From NCBI GenBank assembly GCA_963785295.1, contig CAWAUT010000001.1, positions 462,393 to 526,392 of the forward strand: a stretch of 64,000 nucleotides of DNA, in the 5' to 3' direction. A program made the translations under genes and the position numbers. Shown here one piece after another: positions 11,916 to 22,568 of this stretch. Source of the DNA: an uncultured Gammaproteobacteria bacterium (GTDB taxonomy: Bacteria > Pseudomonadota > Gammaproteobacteria > DSM-16500). Each line of letters begins with the position of its first letter. The stretch's first letter is position 1. The notes beneath the pieces are model-generated. The model did not search any database and was not told the origin of the DNA. It saw nothing but the letters and a program-made list of their open reading frames with translations.

Positions 11916-11971
11916 TGTCGAGCGACGGGAACGCACGGAAGTATTGATGTACAACAAGGACGTTGTGCCAG

Positions 11972-12937
11972 ATGCATGATATTGGAAATGTATGGGTATG
12001 GGCTGGGTTTGCGGTCTTTCTCGTGATCGCACTCAGTGTAGATACTTTTATTATGGGCAAAGAAAATCTGAGCCCACATAAATCCATGCGTATCGCACTG
12101 GCTTGGTCATTGTTTTGGATTGCCTGTGCCCTGGTTTTTAACGTTATTTTATATTTCTATCTATATGTTGTAGACAACAGCTATATCGCAAAAGAAGTCT
12201 CCATTGATTTCTTTACCGGTTATCTCATCGAAAAATCACTTTCAGTTGATAATCTGTTTGCGTTTTATCTGATTTTTAATCAGTTCAAAATTCCTGTCCA
12301 ATACCAGCATAGAGTTTTTTCTTATGGTATCTGGAGTGCTATCTTCATGCGCCTGGGTTTGATCCTGGTTGGCACATGGTTGATTGTGAATTTCCATTGG
12401 CTGTTATATGTCATGGGTGTGGTTCTGCTGCTGACTGGTATCAAAATGATAATTGTTGCTGCCAGACATACGAAAGAAGAAGACCTTCATGATAGCTGGA
12501 CATATAAAGTCTTGGCGCGTTTTTTGCGCGTTACCACGGAATTTCAGGGACATAACTTTTTCCTCAGAAAAAATCAGCTTTTATATGCGACGCCTTTGTT
12601 TGCCGCATTAATTTTCGTTGAAATTTCTGACGTGATTTTCGCTTTAGATAGCATTCCAGCAATATTCGCGATTACTACCGATCCATTCATTGTCTGGTCT
12701 TCCAATATATTTGCGATTCTCGGATTGCGAGCGATGTATTTCCTGCTAGCTGGAATGATTCATCGTTTTTCATTATTAAAATATGGTATCGCGCTCATAT
12801 TGGTCTTCGTCGGTGCTAAAATGATAGCTTCCATATGGATTGCAATCCCAGTGGAAATTTCTCTTGCTGTCATTGCGGGGCTCTTAACACTATTTTGTCT
12901 GCTGAGTGTGTGGTACAGCAAACCAATAAGGAAGTAA
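11972..12937 (+). CDS. TerC/Alx family membrane protein
   Basis: GYLIEKSLSVDNLF, QHRVFSYGI, DVIFALDSIPAIFAIT, SNIFAILGLR. Confidence 0.93.
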   Translation: MHDIGNVWVWAGFAVFLVIALSVDTFIMGKENLSPHKSMRIALAWSLFWIACALVFNVILYFYLYVVDNSYIAKEVSIDFFTGYLIEKSLSVDNLFAFYLIFNQFKIPVQYQHRVFSYGIWSAIFMRLGLILVGTWLIVNFHWLLYVMGVVLLLTGIKMIIVAARHTKEEDLHDSWTYKVLARFLRVTTEFQGHNFFLRKNQLLYATPLFAALIFVEISDVIFALDSIPAIFAITTDPFIVWSSNIFAILGLRAMYFLLAGMIHRFSLLKYGIALILVFVGAKMIASIWIAIPVEISLAVIAGLLTLFCLLSVWYSKPIRK

Positions 12938-12940
12938 TGT

Positions 12941-14419
12941 ATGCAAACCATTAAAACGCCAATTTATCAGACTCAGCAGATTCGTGAATTTGAGCGTCTG
13001 GCTCAAGAAAGATTCAATATTACTGGCAGTGTGATGATGCAGCGCGCTGGTAAAGCGGCATTTGATTTTTTGATCCGACGCTGGCCGCAAACTAAAAAAA
13101 TCGCAGTTTTTTGTGGCGGTGGCAATAACGGCGGTGATGGTTATGTACTTGCTAATCAAGCCCACGAACGCGGTTTGGAAGTAGTGATCTGGCAAGTTGG
13201 CAATCACGATAAGATGAGTGAAGAAACCCGCGAAGCGTTTGACGCTTGTGTGAATGCGAAAATTGAAATCAATGAATTTAATGAAAAAGTTCCGCTGCAA
13301 CATCCCGATGTGATTGTCGATGCGATTACCGGGTTAGGTTTACAAGATAATTTGCGGGATGAAGCGGTTGCCGCGATTAAAAAAATGCAGAAAGCGCAAG
13401 TGCCGATTTTTTCCATCGATATTCCAACCGGTATTAATTCCGATACAGGCGAAGTTCTCGGCGCGGCAGTGCATGCCGATGCGACGATGACGTTTATCGG
13501 GTTCAAGCTTGGTTTGCTGACTGGTAGCGGTATGGCCTATTCCGGAGAGCTGGTCTACAGTGATTTGCAGCTGCCAACGGAATTATTCAGTTATGTGCAA
13601 CCGATAGCGGAAAAACTGCATTTGTCATCTTACGCTGGTTATATCAAGCCACGTTCACGCGATTGGCATAAAGGGTTGTCCGGACATGTTTTGATTGTCG
13701 GCGGCGATTATGGATTTTTTGGCGCGCCACGCATGGCTGCTGAAGCAGCGCTGCGGGTTGGTGCTGGATTGGTGTCTGTTGCGACCCGGCCGGAAAATGC
13801 CGCGGTCATGAATATAGAATGCCCGGAAATTATGGTGCACGGGATTAAAAAAGCTGATGAGTTGGCGAGTTTGATGGCCAAAGCAGATGTGATTGTACTT
13901 GGGCCTGGTCTAGGTCAGTCAGATTGGGCGAAAGAATTACTACAGCGTGTTTGCGAATCAGAATTGCCGCTAGTCATTGACGCTGATGGTTTGAATATGT
14001 TGTCGAAAATGGAAAAAACCAATGAAAACTGGGTGTTAACTCCGCATCCAGGCGAAGCAGGGCGGTTGATTGAGATATCCGCGCAAGAGGTACAGAGCGA
14101 TCGTTTGGAAGCATTAAAAGCGATCAGCAAGCGTTATGGCGGGGTGACGGTGTTAAAGGGTGCTGGCAGTCTGGTGTGGGCGCCGAATACGCTTCCAGCG
14201 CTGTGTGATAAAGGTAATCCCGGCATGGCATCTGCAGGTATGGGTGATGTTTTGAGTGGTGTAATTGGCGGCTTGTTAGGGCAAAATATCCCGCTGGGCG
14301 ACGCCGCGAAATTAGGTGTGCTGATTCATGCTATGGCTGGCGACCTGGCCGCAAAAGATGGTGAACGCGGCATGAAAGCGATGGATTTAATGCCTTATTT
14401 ACGCAGGCTGAGTAATTAA
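12941..14419 (+). CDS. nnr: Bifunctional NAD(P)HX epimerase/dehydratase
   Basis: GGGNNGGDG, IDIPTG, HKGLSGHVL, LTPHPGE, GMGDVLSG. Confidence 0.96.
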   Translation: MQTIKTPIYQTQQIREFERLAQERFNITGSVMMQRAGKAAFDFLIRRWPQTKKIAVFCGGGNNGGDGYVLANQAHERGLEVVIWQVGNHDKMSEETREAFDACVNAKIEINEFNEKVPLQHPDVIVDAITGLGLQDNLRDEAVAAIKKMQKAQVPIFSIDIPTGINSDTGEVLGAAVHADATMTFIGFKLGLLTGSGMAYSGELVYSDLQLPTELFSYVQPIAEKLHLSSYAGYIKPRSRDWHKGLSGHVLIVGGDYGFFGAPRMAAEAALRVGAGLVSVATRPENAAVMNIECPEIMVHGIKKADELASLMAKADVIVLGPGLGQSDWAKELLQRVCESELPLVIDADGLNMLSKMEKTNENWVLTPHPGEAGRLIEISAQEVQSDRLEALKAISKRYGGVTVLKGAGSLVWAPNTLPALCDKGNPGMASAGMGDVLSGVIGGLLGQNIPLGDAAKLGVLIHAMAGDLAAKDGERGMKAMDLMPYLRRLSN

Positions 14420-14436
14420 ATTATAGAAAAAAACTT

Positions 14437-14889
14437 ATGCTAAACACACATATCGCTAGCGAAAACGACATGCTTGCCTTCGCCGCAAAACTTGCGCACG
14501 CCACCCACAATGGGGCGGTCATTTTTTTATACGGCCCACTCGGCGCTGGCAAAACCACACTCACCCGCGGTTTTCTACGCGCGCTTGGCTATCAAGATAA
14601 AGTTAAAAGCCCCACTTACACCCTCGTCGAGCCATATGAATTATCAGACAAATCTGTCTATCACTTTGATTTATATCGCCTACGCGACGCGAGCGAACTG
14701 GAACACATAGGCATTAAAGAATATTTTCGTTCAGATTCAATTTGTCTGATCGAATGGCCGGAGAAGGGATTTCCATTATTGCCCGCACCTGATCTTGCTT
14801 GTTATATTGAAATGAAAGGCGAAGGCAGAGATATTCGTCTTGAATCTAAGACCAAACACGGTGAAGAAATATTAGCGAATATTAAATAG
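14437..14889 (+). CDS. tsaE: t6A biosynthesis ATPase TsaE
   Basis: GPLGAGKT, VKSPTYTLVEPY, HFDLYRL, LIEWPE. Confidence 0.97.
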   Translation: MLNTHIASENDMLAFAAKLAHATHNGAVIFLYGPLGAGKTTLTRGFLRALGYQDKVKSPTYTLVEPYELSDKSVYHFDLYRLRDASELEHIGIKEYFRSDSICLIEWPEKGFPLLPAPDLACYIEMKGEGRDIRLESKTKHGEEILANIK

Positions 14890-14904
14890 GAAGCGAATAC
14901 GGAC

Positions 14905-16075
14905 ATGCGGCGCCTATTAGCACTATTGTTAATTTTATTCCCGTTGGTTTCTTTCGCGGCAGCGCCAGTATTTCTCGAAGGAATGCTGATCCAGCCATCT
15001 GCGACAGACACGCGACTTACTTTTATCCTCAGCGATAAAACTTACGGCAAAGTAAAGTATTTTCCCGCGACCAATCGTTTGGTTATTGAATTCGCTAATA
15101 CTTACAAGCGTTTCAATTTGCAAAATACTAGCTTGGGTTCAGCAGCTAATGTTCAAACTATCAATACGCAAGAAGCCGGTGATGTTCTGCGATTCATTTT
15201 TACTGTTAGCGGTAAAGTGCATTGGACGACCAGCTTTTTACCTTCTTCACCTGGCAGCGGCGTGCGTTTGCAATTAGAAATTATTTCTAACAAAAAAGCC
15301 TTAAAAAAAGCCCCAAAAATAACATTAAATAATGTTGAAGTTACTAAAGTACAAAAACACCACATGAATTTACTGTTGTGATTGATGCTGGCCACGGCGG
15401 TAAAGATTCTGGCGCGCTTGGACTCGGCGGCACAGAAGAAAAAAATATTGTTTTAAGCATCGCAAAAATTCTGCAACGTAAAATTTCTGCTGAATTCACA
15501 TCACAACCAACGCTGCGCGTAGTGTTGACACGCAATGGTGATTATTTTGTACCGCTACGCCAACGATTAAAACTCGCGCGCAAAGGCAAAGCTGATTTAT
15601 TCATTGCGATTCATGCGGACGCTTATTTTGAACGCAATGCAACTGGTGCATCAGTTTATGCTTTATCTCAACATGGTGCGTCAAATGAAGCGACACGCTG
15701 GCTTGCACAACAAGAAAATTATTCTGAACTTGGTGGTGTGGCACTCAACGATTTGCAAGACCGCGATCCTATGCTGAGATCAGTACTGGTTGATCTTGCG
15801 CAAACAGCAACGATTCAAGATAGCATACGGTTAGGCAGTAAAGTTCTCGGGGCTTTAGACAGCGTTTCTTCACTGCATTATACCCACGTAGAACGCGCAC
15901 CTTTTATGGTGCTGAAATCCCCCGATATCCCCTCGTTTTAGTCGAAACCGGCTTTATCACCAATCCTTTCGAAGAAAAGCGCTTGAGTGATAGCGGTTAT
16001 CAAGAAAAAATTGCCCAGGCCTTGCTCGAGGGCATACGACTATATGTGCGGGAATATGCGGTTAAAGGCGAATAG
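14905..16075 (+). CDS. amiB: N-acetylmuramoyl-L-alanine amidase with AMIN domain (frameshifted)
   Basis: Signal peptide, IDAGHGGKDSGA, EKNIVL, AIHAD, VLKSPDIPS, then VETGFITNP in a shifted frame ending TAG 16075. Confidence 0.92.
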
Positions 16076-16150
16076 TCAGAAGAAAAATTACACAAAATTA
16101 TCAATAAACGATATAATAAGTCCAATTTTTAGACATGAGCCAGACAGGCT

Positions 16151-17573
16151 ATGATGCAGCGCAGCAATAAGAAGCGTGATCGTGATAATAATAACAGTGC
16201 CCAGCCACCAGCAAAAAAACCACTAGTAACAAGTTCTCCTTTGGAGGAGTTGCCTTTTCCTTTGAGAAGTTACCTGCTGATATGTTAAGACATATTGCCA
16301 GTTTTCTTCCTGAAAATAATCAAGCTTTCCTTGGCAATCGTCGTATTAAAAATCACCGTTTATTATCCATCTTTCGACCAGGTGTAGTGCAGAAATTTTT
16401 TCTCCATGTAGTGCATGGTGAGTTCGCGCAAGTGGAAGCGATGATTCAGAAAGACCCTGGATTATTGTTTGAAAAAATGGTTGTTGAAGATTATTCAGGC
16501 CGCAAGATTGAAGGCACGGCCTTGCAGATTGCCTTGAGCGCGGGTGATGTGAGCCTGGGTACGCCGTGTGATGTCAAGGTATCAACGATGCCAACATCTG
16601 GAAATCTCGATAATATCCGGCTCTCGGAGATAGCGGGTGATTATCATGAACGTTGTAAAACAGCGTATGTGCGATATGCGGACAAGCTTTTCTATATTGA
16701 TAAAGCGAAGAATGAATGCAAGGAAATACTGGTTGATCCAGAAGTATTGAAACAGTTTGATCAGATATAAAGCCGAAACGACAGGCACAACGATTAACGG
16801 AAGAACAGTTAAAGCGGATTACCGAACTGACTGGCCATGTCCACGAAGAAGGAATGGCAGAAATGATTCTGCGTTATTTAAAGAAATTGCCGCAGGGTGA
16901 AGAAATAATTGCGAAACAAATCAGTGAATATTTTCCTGATGGCTGGGAAGAGCAGGAAAAAGCAAGACAGGAACAAGATTTTCAAGAATTGAGAAAAGTG
17001 TTTGCAGCCATTGACGCAGAACAAGATTTAACGAAGTGTGAAGCAGCAGTGACGACATTCATAAATTATTTAGCCAAACAAAAAGAAAGTGTCATCAAGT
17101 CCGGCAAGCATTCAAATCTTCATCTGGTGACGGAAGCGTACAGGTTATACGGTGGATACTATGCGCGTTTTGGTAATAACCGGAACAGTCCCAAGAATAT
17201 ATTGACTTGGCGGAGTGTAATCGGCGGTATTCAGTGCTATGCGACGGCTTGCGATGCGCAGGCATTCTGTCATGGATTTTCCCATATTGTTAGGCTGGGC
17301 GAGAAATTAAGACGTAGTTTAGAGTTTCGTAATAATCGTGATGTACATTTTTATCCTTTTGACCATCGTCCTGGTTTTCGGCTGGGTGTTGATTGTGCCG
17401 GCCTGGGGTTTAATGGCTCGCCCGGTCCGGACAGCCCGGCGGCTACTTTCTGGCAGCGCGCTGCGAAAGTATGTCAAACAAAAAACGTCAGCGAGGCCAG
17501 GATTCATGCCGCTTATCGAGTCAGGCAATCCAGCAAAGAGTCTATGCGCCATAAAGTAACGCGCCTGCGCTGA
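16151..17573 (+). CDS. F-box-like candidate effector (three frames joined)
   Basis: N-terminal KKRDR..PPAKKP, then FEKLPADMLRHIASFLP (F-box-like), then VVHGEFAQVEAMI..EDYSGRKIEGTALQIAL; fragments 16282-16770 and 16854-17573. Confidence 0.6.
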
Positions 17574-17603
17574 AGTAATTGCGGCGTTATCATCAAATTA
17601 TCT

Positions 17604-17630
17604 TGATAATACCCATATTGGGTATTATCA
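17604..17630. promoter_or_regulatory. Palindromic operator upstream of the MNT-HEPN pair
   Basis: Perfect 12-bp inverted repeat TGATAATACCCA-TAT-TGGGTATTATCA ending 7 nt before ATG 17638. Confidence 0.7.
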
Positions 17631-17637
17631 TACCCAT

Positions 17638-18243
17638 ATGATGAAGAAAAAAATAAACATTTCAGATGCGTTATTTTCTAAGGTGCGTCAGCGCGTATTG
17701 GGTCTGTTTTATGGAAGGCCTGATATGGATTTTCACACTAATGAAATTATTAGGCTCACCAATTCCGGCACGGGTGCAGTACAAAGAGAATTAGAAAGCT
17801 TGGCCTCAGCAGGCATTATTATTGTAAAGCAAGTTGGGAATCAAAAACGCTATCAGGCAAATCATTCAGCTCCATTGTATTCGGAATTGCGAAGCATAGT
17901 TATAAAAACGTTTGGATTGGCCGATGTAATTCGAGAAGCACTTGAGCCTATTAACGAAAAGATTAAAATCGCATTTATTTATGGCTCTGTAGCAAGGCAT
18001 GAAGATACCGCAGATAGTGATATAGATTTATTATTAATAGGTAATGATCTGACTTACGGAGATATGTTTTCTTATTTTGAACAATCTGAACAGCAACTAG
18101 GCCGGAAAATTAATCCGACCTTTTATTCATTGTTGGAGTGGTCAAGAAAGATTAGAGAAGAAAATGTTTTCATAACAAAGATTCTCAAGTTACCTAAAAT
18201 TTTTCTGATGGGAACAGAAGATGAACTTGCCAAACTTGGATAA
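17638..18243 (+). CDS. HTH plus minimal nucleotidyltransferase (MNT) antitoxin
   Basis: N-terminal wHTH (GTGAVQRELESLASAGII) and FIYGSVARHEDTADSDIDLL (GS-x10-DxD). Confidence 0.88.
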   Translation: MMKKKINISDALFSKVRQRVLGLFYGRPDMDFHTNEIIRLTNSGTGAVQRELESLASAGIIIVKQVGNQKRYQANHSAPLYSELRSIVIKTFGLADVIREALEPINEKIKIAFIYGSVARHEDTADSDIDLLLIGNDLTYGDMFSYFEQSEQQLGRKINPTFYSLLEWSRKIREENVFITKILKLPKIFLMGTEDELAKLG

Positions 18244-18643
18244 ACTCGTAGAAGCGAAAACTCTGAAAAAAGAGCCATTTGATGCGAAAGAATTTACTGG
18301 CATGCTGAACTCAGGCAGAGTGAGGTTAAATGATGCAAACAATACTAATCTTGCTGCCGAAAGTAGATTTGATTTGGCTTACAATGCAGCGCATTCTTTG
18401 GCTTTGGCAGCTTTGCGTTTACATGGTTATCGTGCAGATAATAAGCGATATGTTGTATTTCAAGTCTTACCTTTCACGGCTGGTTTAGCGAATGATGCCT
18501 GGCGAATCTTGGATAAATGTCATAATCTTCGTAATATTTCCGAGTATGAAGGTGACCTTCAGATTGATGATCAAATCTTGAATGACTTGTTGCTGGCGAC
18601 CCAAAAGCTATTGGAGTGCGTTGAGCAACTTGGAAATAACTGA
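18221..18643 (+). CDS. HEPN-like toxin
   Basis: Overlaps MNT 3' end; helical, [10 protein letters not shown] and LRNISEYEG (R-x4-Y variant of HEPN R-x4-6-H). Confidence 0.75.
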   Translation: MNLPNLDKLVEAKTLKKEPFDAKEFTGMLNSGRVRLNDANNTNLAAESRFDLAYNAAHSLALAALRLHGYRADNKRYVVFQVLPFTAGLANDAWRILDKCHNLRNISEYEGDLQIDDQILNDLLLATQKLLECVEQLGNN

Positions 18644-18684
18644 CAGACTCTTTGTTATTAAATCTCAAAAATAACGGTATAACC

Positions 18685-20525
18685 ATGACCAAACGCATAC
18701 AAAAACTATCTTCGTTACTGGCTAACCAGATTGCCGCCGGTGAAGTCATTGAGCGGCCCGCATCCGTTGTAAAAGAATTGGTCGAAAACAGCTAGATGCT
18801 GGCGCGACTCAGATTGATATAGAGATTGAACAAGGCGGCGTACGTTTAATGCGCGTGCGAGATAATGGTTCTGGCATCCATCCAGATGATTTACCGTTGG
18901 CGCTAAGTCGCCATGCTACTAGCAAAATTGGGCAGCCAGAAGATTTAGCGCAAATAATGACCTTGGGCTTTCGTGGTGAAGCATTAGCCAGTATCGGCTC
19001 AGTCTCACGTCTGTCTCTGACTTCCGCGCAGGCGAAAAGCTCTGGCTGGCAAGTCTCCATTGAAGGTGATGGGGAAGTACAAGCATCGCCCGCTGCACAT
19101 CCGCAAGGCACCACGATTGAAGTGCGCGATTTATTTTTTAACACACCAGCACGACGTAAATTTTTACGCGCGGAAAAAACTGAATTTGATCACATTGACG
19201 AATTAATTAAGCGCGTTGCATTGTCAGCGTTTAATGTCGGTTTTACCCTCAAACATAATCAACGTATTGTGCGCCAATATGTTCCTGCTGACACATCTGC
19301 AGCGACAGAAAGATTAAGCGCACTTTGCGGACCGGCTTTTGTTGAACACGCAGTGCATATTGAAGCGGAAGGCGCGGGATTAGCGATTTCCGGCTGGATT
19401 TCCCTGCCGGAATTTTCACGCAGCCAGGCTGATTTACAGTATTTTTATGTGAACGGCCGAATGGTGCGCGACAAGCTGGTTATTCATGCGCTGAAAGAAG
19501 CCTATCAAGATGTGTTATATCGCGACCGTTATCCTGGCTATATTCTCTTTTTGGATATTCCACCCGGACAAGTAGATGTAAACGTTCATCCTACCAAACA
19601 CGAAGTACGTTTTCGTGATGGACGAACCGTGCATGATTTTGTTCGCCGTAGTGTGCATGATGCGCTGGCAAGCGTTCATCCCGGTGGCGAGATTTGCGAT
19701 CATCAACATGCAGCGCCTGCAACATCCGCACCAGTTCCCATTCGCGAAAGCACTCACAGTCACAGTCCTGCGCGATCTTCTTCATTCAGTGGTGGTGGTT
19801 CAAGTTCTGGTTACGCGCGCCATTCACATTCTTCCGCTGCTGCGCCAGCCCGCGAACGTGCGCCAACTCCAGCAGTCGTACAAGAGCAATTAGCGATTTA
19901 TCGCACCTTGCATGAAGAAGCGCCGGCACAGCAAAATCAATCACCACCATTAGGTTATGCATTAGGACAAGTGCATGGAATTTATATTCTCGCGGAAAAT
20001 GAGCAGGGATTAGTGATGATTGACATGCACGCTGCTCATGAACGCATCGTTTATGAAAAAATGAAATCCGCGCATGAAAAACAGCAAATGCCCGTGCAAA
20101 CATTATTAGTGCCTTTGAGTATTACGCTCAGCGAACGCGAAGCTGATGCAGCAGAACATGCGCCAGAAGTCTTTCAACAACTAGGATTTAAAGTTGAACG
20201 CATGGGCAAAGAAACCATCGTCATTCGCGAAGTGCCGCAATTATTAGCTAATGGTCCAACCGAGCAATTGATACGCGATATCATTGCTGATTTGCTCGAA
20301 CATGGTGAAAGTACACGTGTGCAGGAAACTATTAATCGTTTGCTGGGAACACTTGCATGTCACAGCTCTGTGCGTGCACATAGAAAATTAACTATCCCGG
20401 AAATGAATGCATTACTGCGTGACATGGAAAAAACCGATCATAGTGGTTCATGTAATCACGGTCGTCCGACCACGCTGCAATTATCAATGGATGATTTAGA
20501 TAAATTATTTATGCGCGGTCGCTAA
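18685..20525 (+). CDS. mutL: DNA mismatch repair protein MutL (frameshift near 18790)
   Basis: [46 protein letters not shown] and CNHGRP endonuclease motifs. Confidence 0.97.
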
Positions 20526-21451
20526 TGACTAATCAGACTAATCATAAGGCAAAAATAATTTGCCTGATGGGGCCAACCGCTTCTGGTAAAACACCGCTGG
20601 CGGTGGAATTAGTACAGCGTTTTCCCCTGGAAATTATCAGTGTTGATTCCGCGATGGTTTATCGCGGCATGGATATTGGCACGGCAAAACCAGATGCAGA
20701 AACACTAAAACGTGCGCCACATCGTCTCATTGATATGCTTGATCCTAAAGAAGCTTATTCTGCTGGTCAGTTTCGCGCTGATGCATTGCGAGAAATAAAT
20801 GATGTACTCACGCATGGAAAAATTCCTCTGCTGGTTGGTGGCACTATGCTTTATTTTCGTGTTTTGCAACAAGGCATAGCTGATCTGCCTAAAGCGGATG
20901 CAAAAGTGCGTGCGGATTTGCTGGAACGTGCTAATCGCGAAGGCTGGGAAGCATTGCATGCATATCTGGCGAGTGTAGATCCAGAAGCTGCCGCGCGCAT
21001 TAAACCGCGCGATAGTCAGCGTATACAAAGAGCGCTGGAAGTATTCATATTGACTGGCAAAACAATTACTAGCTGGCAGGAAAACGATACTAATCCATTA
21101 TCTGGTTATGACGTTGTTAATATCGCGCTCGCACCACAAGATCGCGCGCGCTTGCATCAACGTATCGAGCAGCGTTTTCAGCTGATGCTTGAATTGGGAT
21201 TTGAACAAGAAGTCCGCGGCTTATATGCGCGTGGTGATCTGTCGCCTGAGTTGCCGTCTATCCGCTCGGTAGGCTACCGGCAAATGTGGGAATATCTGGC
21301 AGGTGAAACCAATTTTTCTGAGATGAATGCGAAAGCGGTTGCTGCAACGAGGCAGTTGGCAAAACGGCAAATAACCTGGTTACGTTCCTGGCCGGAGGTG
21401 ACGTGGGTGGATGCTGATCAGGATAACGTGTTTGAGCGGGCGACGCATTGA
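20525..21451 (+). CDS. miaA: tRNA dimethylallyltransferase
   Basis: [44 protein letters not shown]. Confidence 0.98.
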   Translation: MTNQTNHKAKIICLMGPTASGKTPLAVELVQRFPLEIISVDSAMVYRGMDIGTAKPDAETLKRAPHRLIDMLDPKEAYSAGQFRADALREINDVLTHGKIPLLVGGTMLYFRVLQQGIADLPKADAKVRADLLERANREGWEALHAYLASVDPEAAARIKPRDSQRIQRALEVFILTGKTITSWQENDTNPLSGYDVVNIALAPQDRARLHQRIEQRFQLMLELGFEQEVRGLYARGDLSPELPSIRSVGYRQMWEYLAGETNFSEMNAKAVAATRQLAKRQITWLRSWPEVTWVDADQDNVFERATH

Positions 21452-21459
21452 TTGGAGCA

Positions 21460-21486
21460 TTACCTCTCCCATTGAGGGAGAGGTAA
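21460..21486. terminator. Hairpin between convergent miaA and rpoZ
   Basis: Perfect 11-bp stem TTACCTCTCCC-ATTGA-GGGAGAGGTAA. Confidence 0.65.
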
Positions 21487-21497
21487 CCAAAGATTGC

Positions 21498-21922
21498 TTA
21501 CTCTTCATCAGTCTCAGTTGAGGGATGAGCGTCATCATGATGTTCATGGCTTTCTTCTTCGTTACCATGATCTGCTTCATTGCCATGATCTTCTTCATGA
21601 TGTTCTTCGTCGCGGTGTTCTGGTGCTGCATTAAAGTTGTCTACCTTGTCATCTTCTTCTTATCATCAAGATGCTGAGGAATAACAACAGGTTGATGATG
21701 GTCTTTAACGAGCTGATGTTCTTCGGTGGATTCATGTTCGTTCATATCCACATAGCCAAGAGCGATTTCGCGTAAGGCTACAACGGTAGGTTTGTCATTG
21801 TCCCATTCGACTTTTGGTTCTTTGCCGCGCATTAGCTGACGAGCTCTTTTTGCAGCCAAAATGACTAATTCGAAACGATTTTTTACATTTTTCAAACAAT
21901 CTTCTACGGTCACTCGCGCCAT
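21498..21922 (-). CDS. rpoZ: RNA polymerase omega subunit with long acidic/His-rich tail (frameshift near 21660)
   Basis: [35 protein letters not shown]; shifted frame EEDDKVDNF...[15 protein letters not shown] ends at 21498. Confidence 0.93.
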
Positions 21923-22070
21923 TGCCAATACCTTTAATAGTTATAAAGGGGGTCAAATAAAGCCCACCATAATACAATATTATGGAGATTATTGCCAACT
22001 TTAGGGGATTGGATAGGGATCAGAGCATTAGTGAACCCGCGGCTGGAACGCCGCGGGACGACTTTAAAGC

Positions 22071-22469
22071 TTAGGCATATGCCTTACGCATTGGAACGTA
22101 TACCTCGGTTGGGTAGTCGTATGCAGCACCATCCGCGACATCTACGCCAGCGCCAACAACGCCGCCGAACACGAGGTTACCAAAAGCCATAGCTTTGGTA
22201 TGAGATGCAACATCTTTGTAACCGTCTTTATAACCTGGTTTTTGGCAATCGATTTGCAGGTCTTTGAAGCTGCGGTTAACAACAACGGAACCTGGGGTAT
22301 TGCTGACAAACCAGCGACCTTTGTCATTTTGCAGTGAACAGGTAGCGCCACCAACATTGCCTGTGTTTACAGAAACGCTTTGGTTGGTGCCATTAACGAT
22401 AGATGCGCAGCCAGTTAAAGCAGCAACAGCAGTCATAACGATAGAAACGAGCATGATTTTTTTGAACAT
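22071..22469 (-). CDS. Lipoprotein with glycine-zipper-like C-terminus
   Basis: Lipobox LTG-C (CASIVNGTNQ), GNLVFGGVVGAGVD..GAAYDYP. Confidence 0.8.
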   Translation of the reverse strand: MFKKIMLVSIVMTAVAALTGCASIVNGTNQSVSVNTGNVGGATCSLQNDKGRWFVSNTPGSVVVNRSFKDLQIDCQKPGYKDGYKDVASHTKAMAFGNLVFGGVVGAGVDVADGAAYDYPTEVYVPMRKAYA

Positions 22470-22568
22470 TCCACTTACCTCGTGATGCTAATAATTGTGT
22501 GAGGTGTAATTTTTAACCAGAGGTTAATGGAAAGCAAGCAAAATCAGGTATATTTTCGATAATATTGA

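Noticed and set aside
11916-11971. yybP-ykoY Mn riboswitch ahead of terC
   Set aside because: Only 56 nt separate the genes and the conserved riboswitch motifs are not visible.
19700-19950. His/Ser/Ala-rich segment in MutL
   Set aside because: It is the normally variable linker between the ATPase and dimerisation domains.
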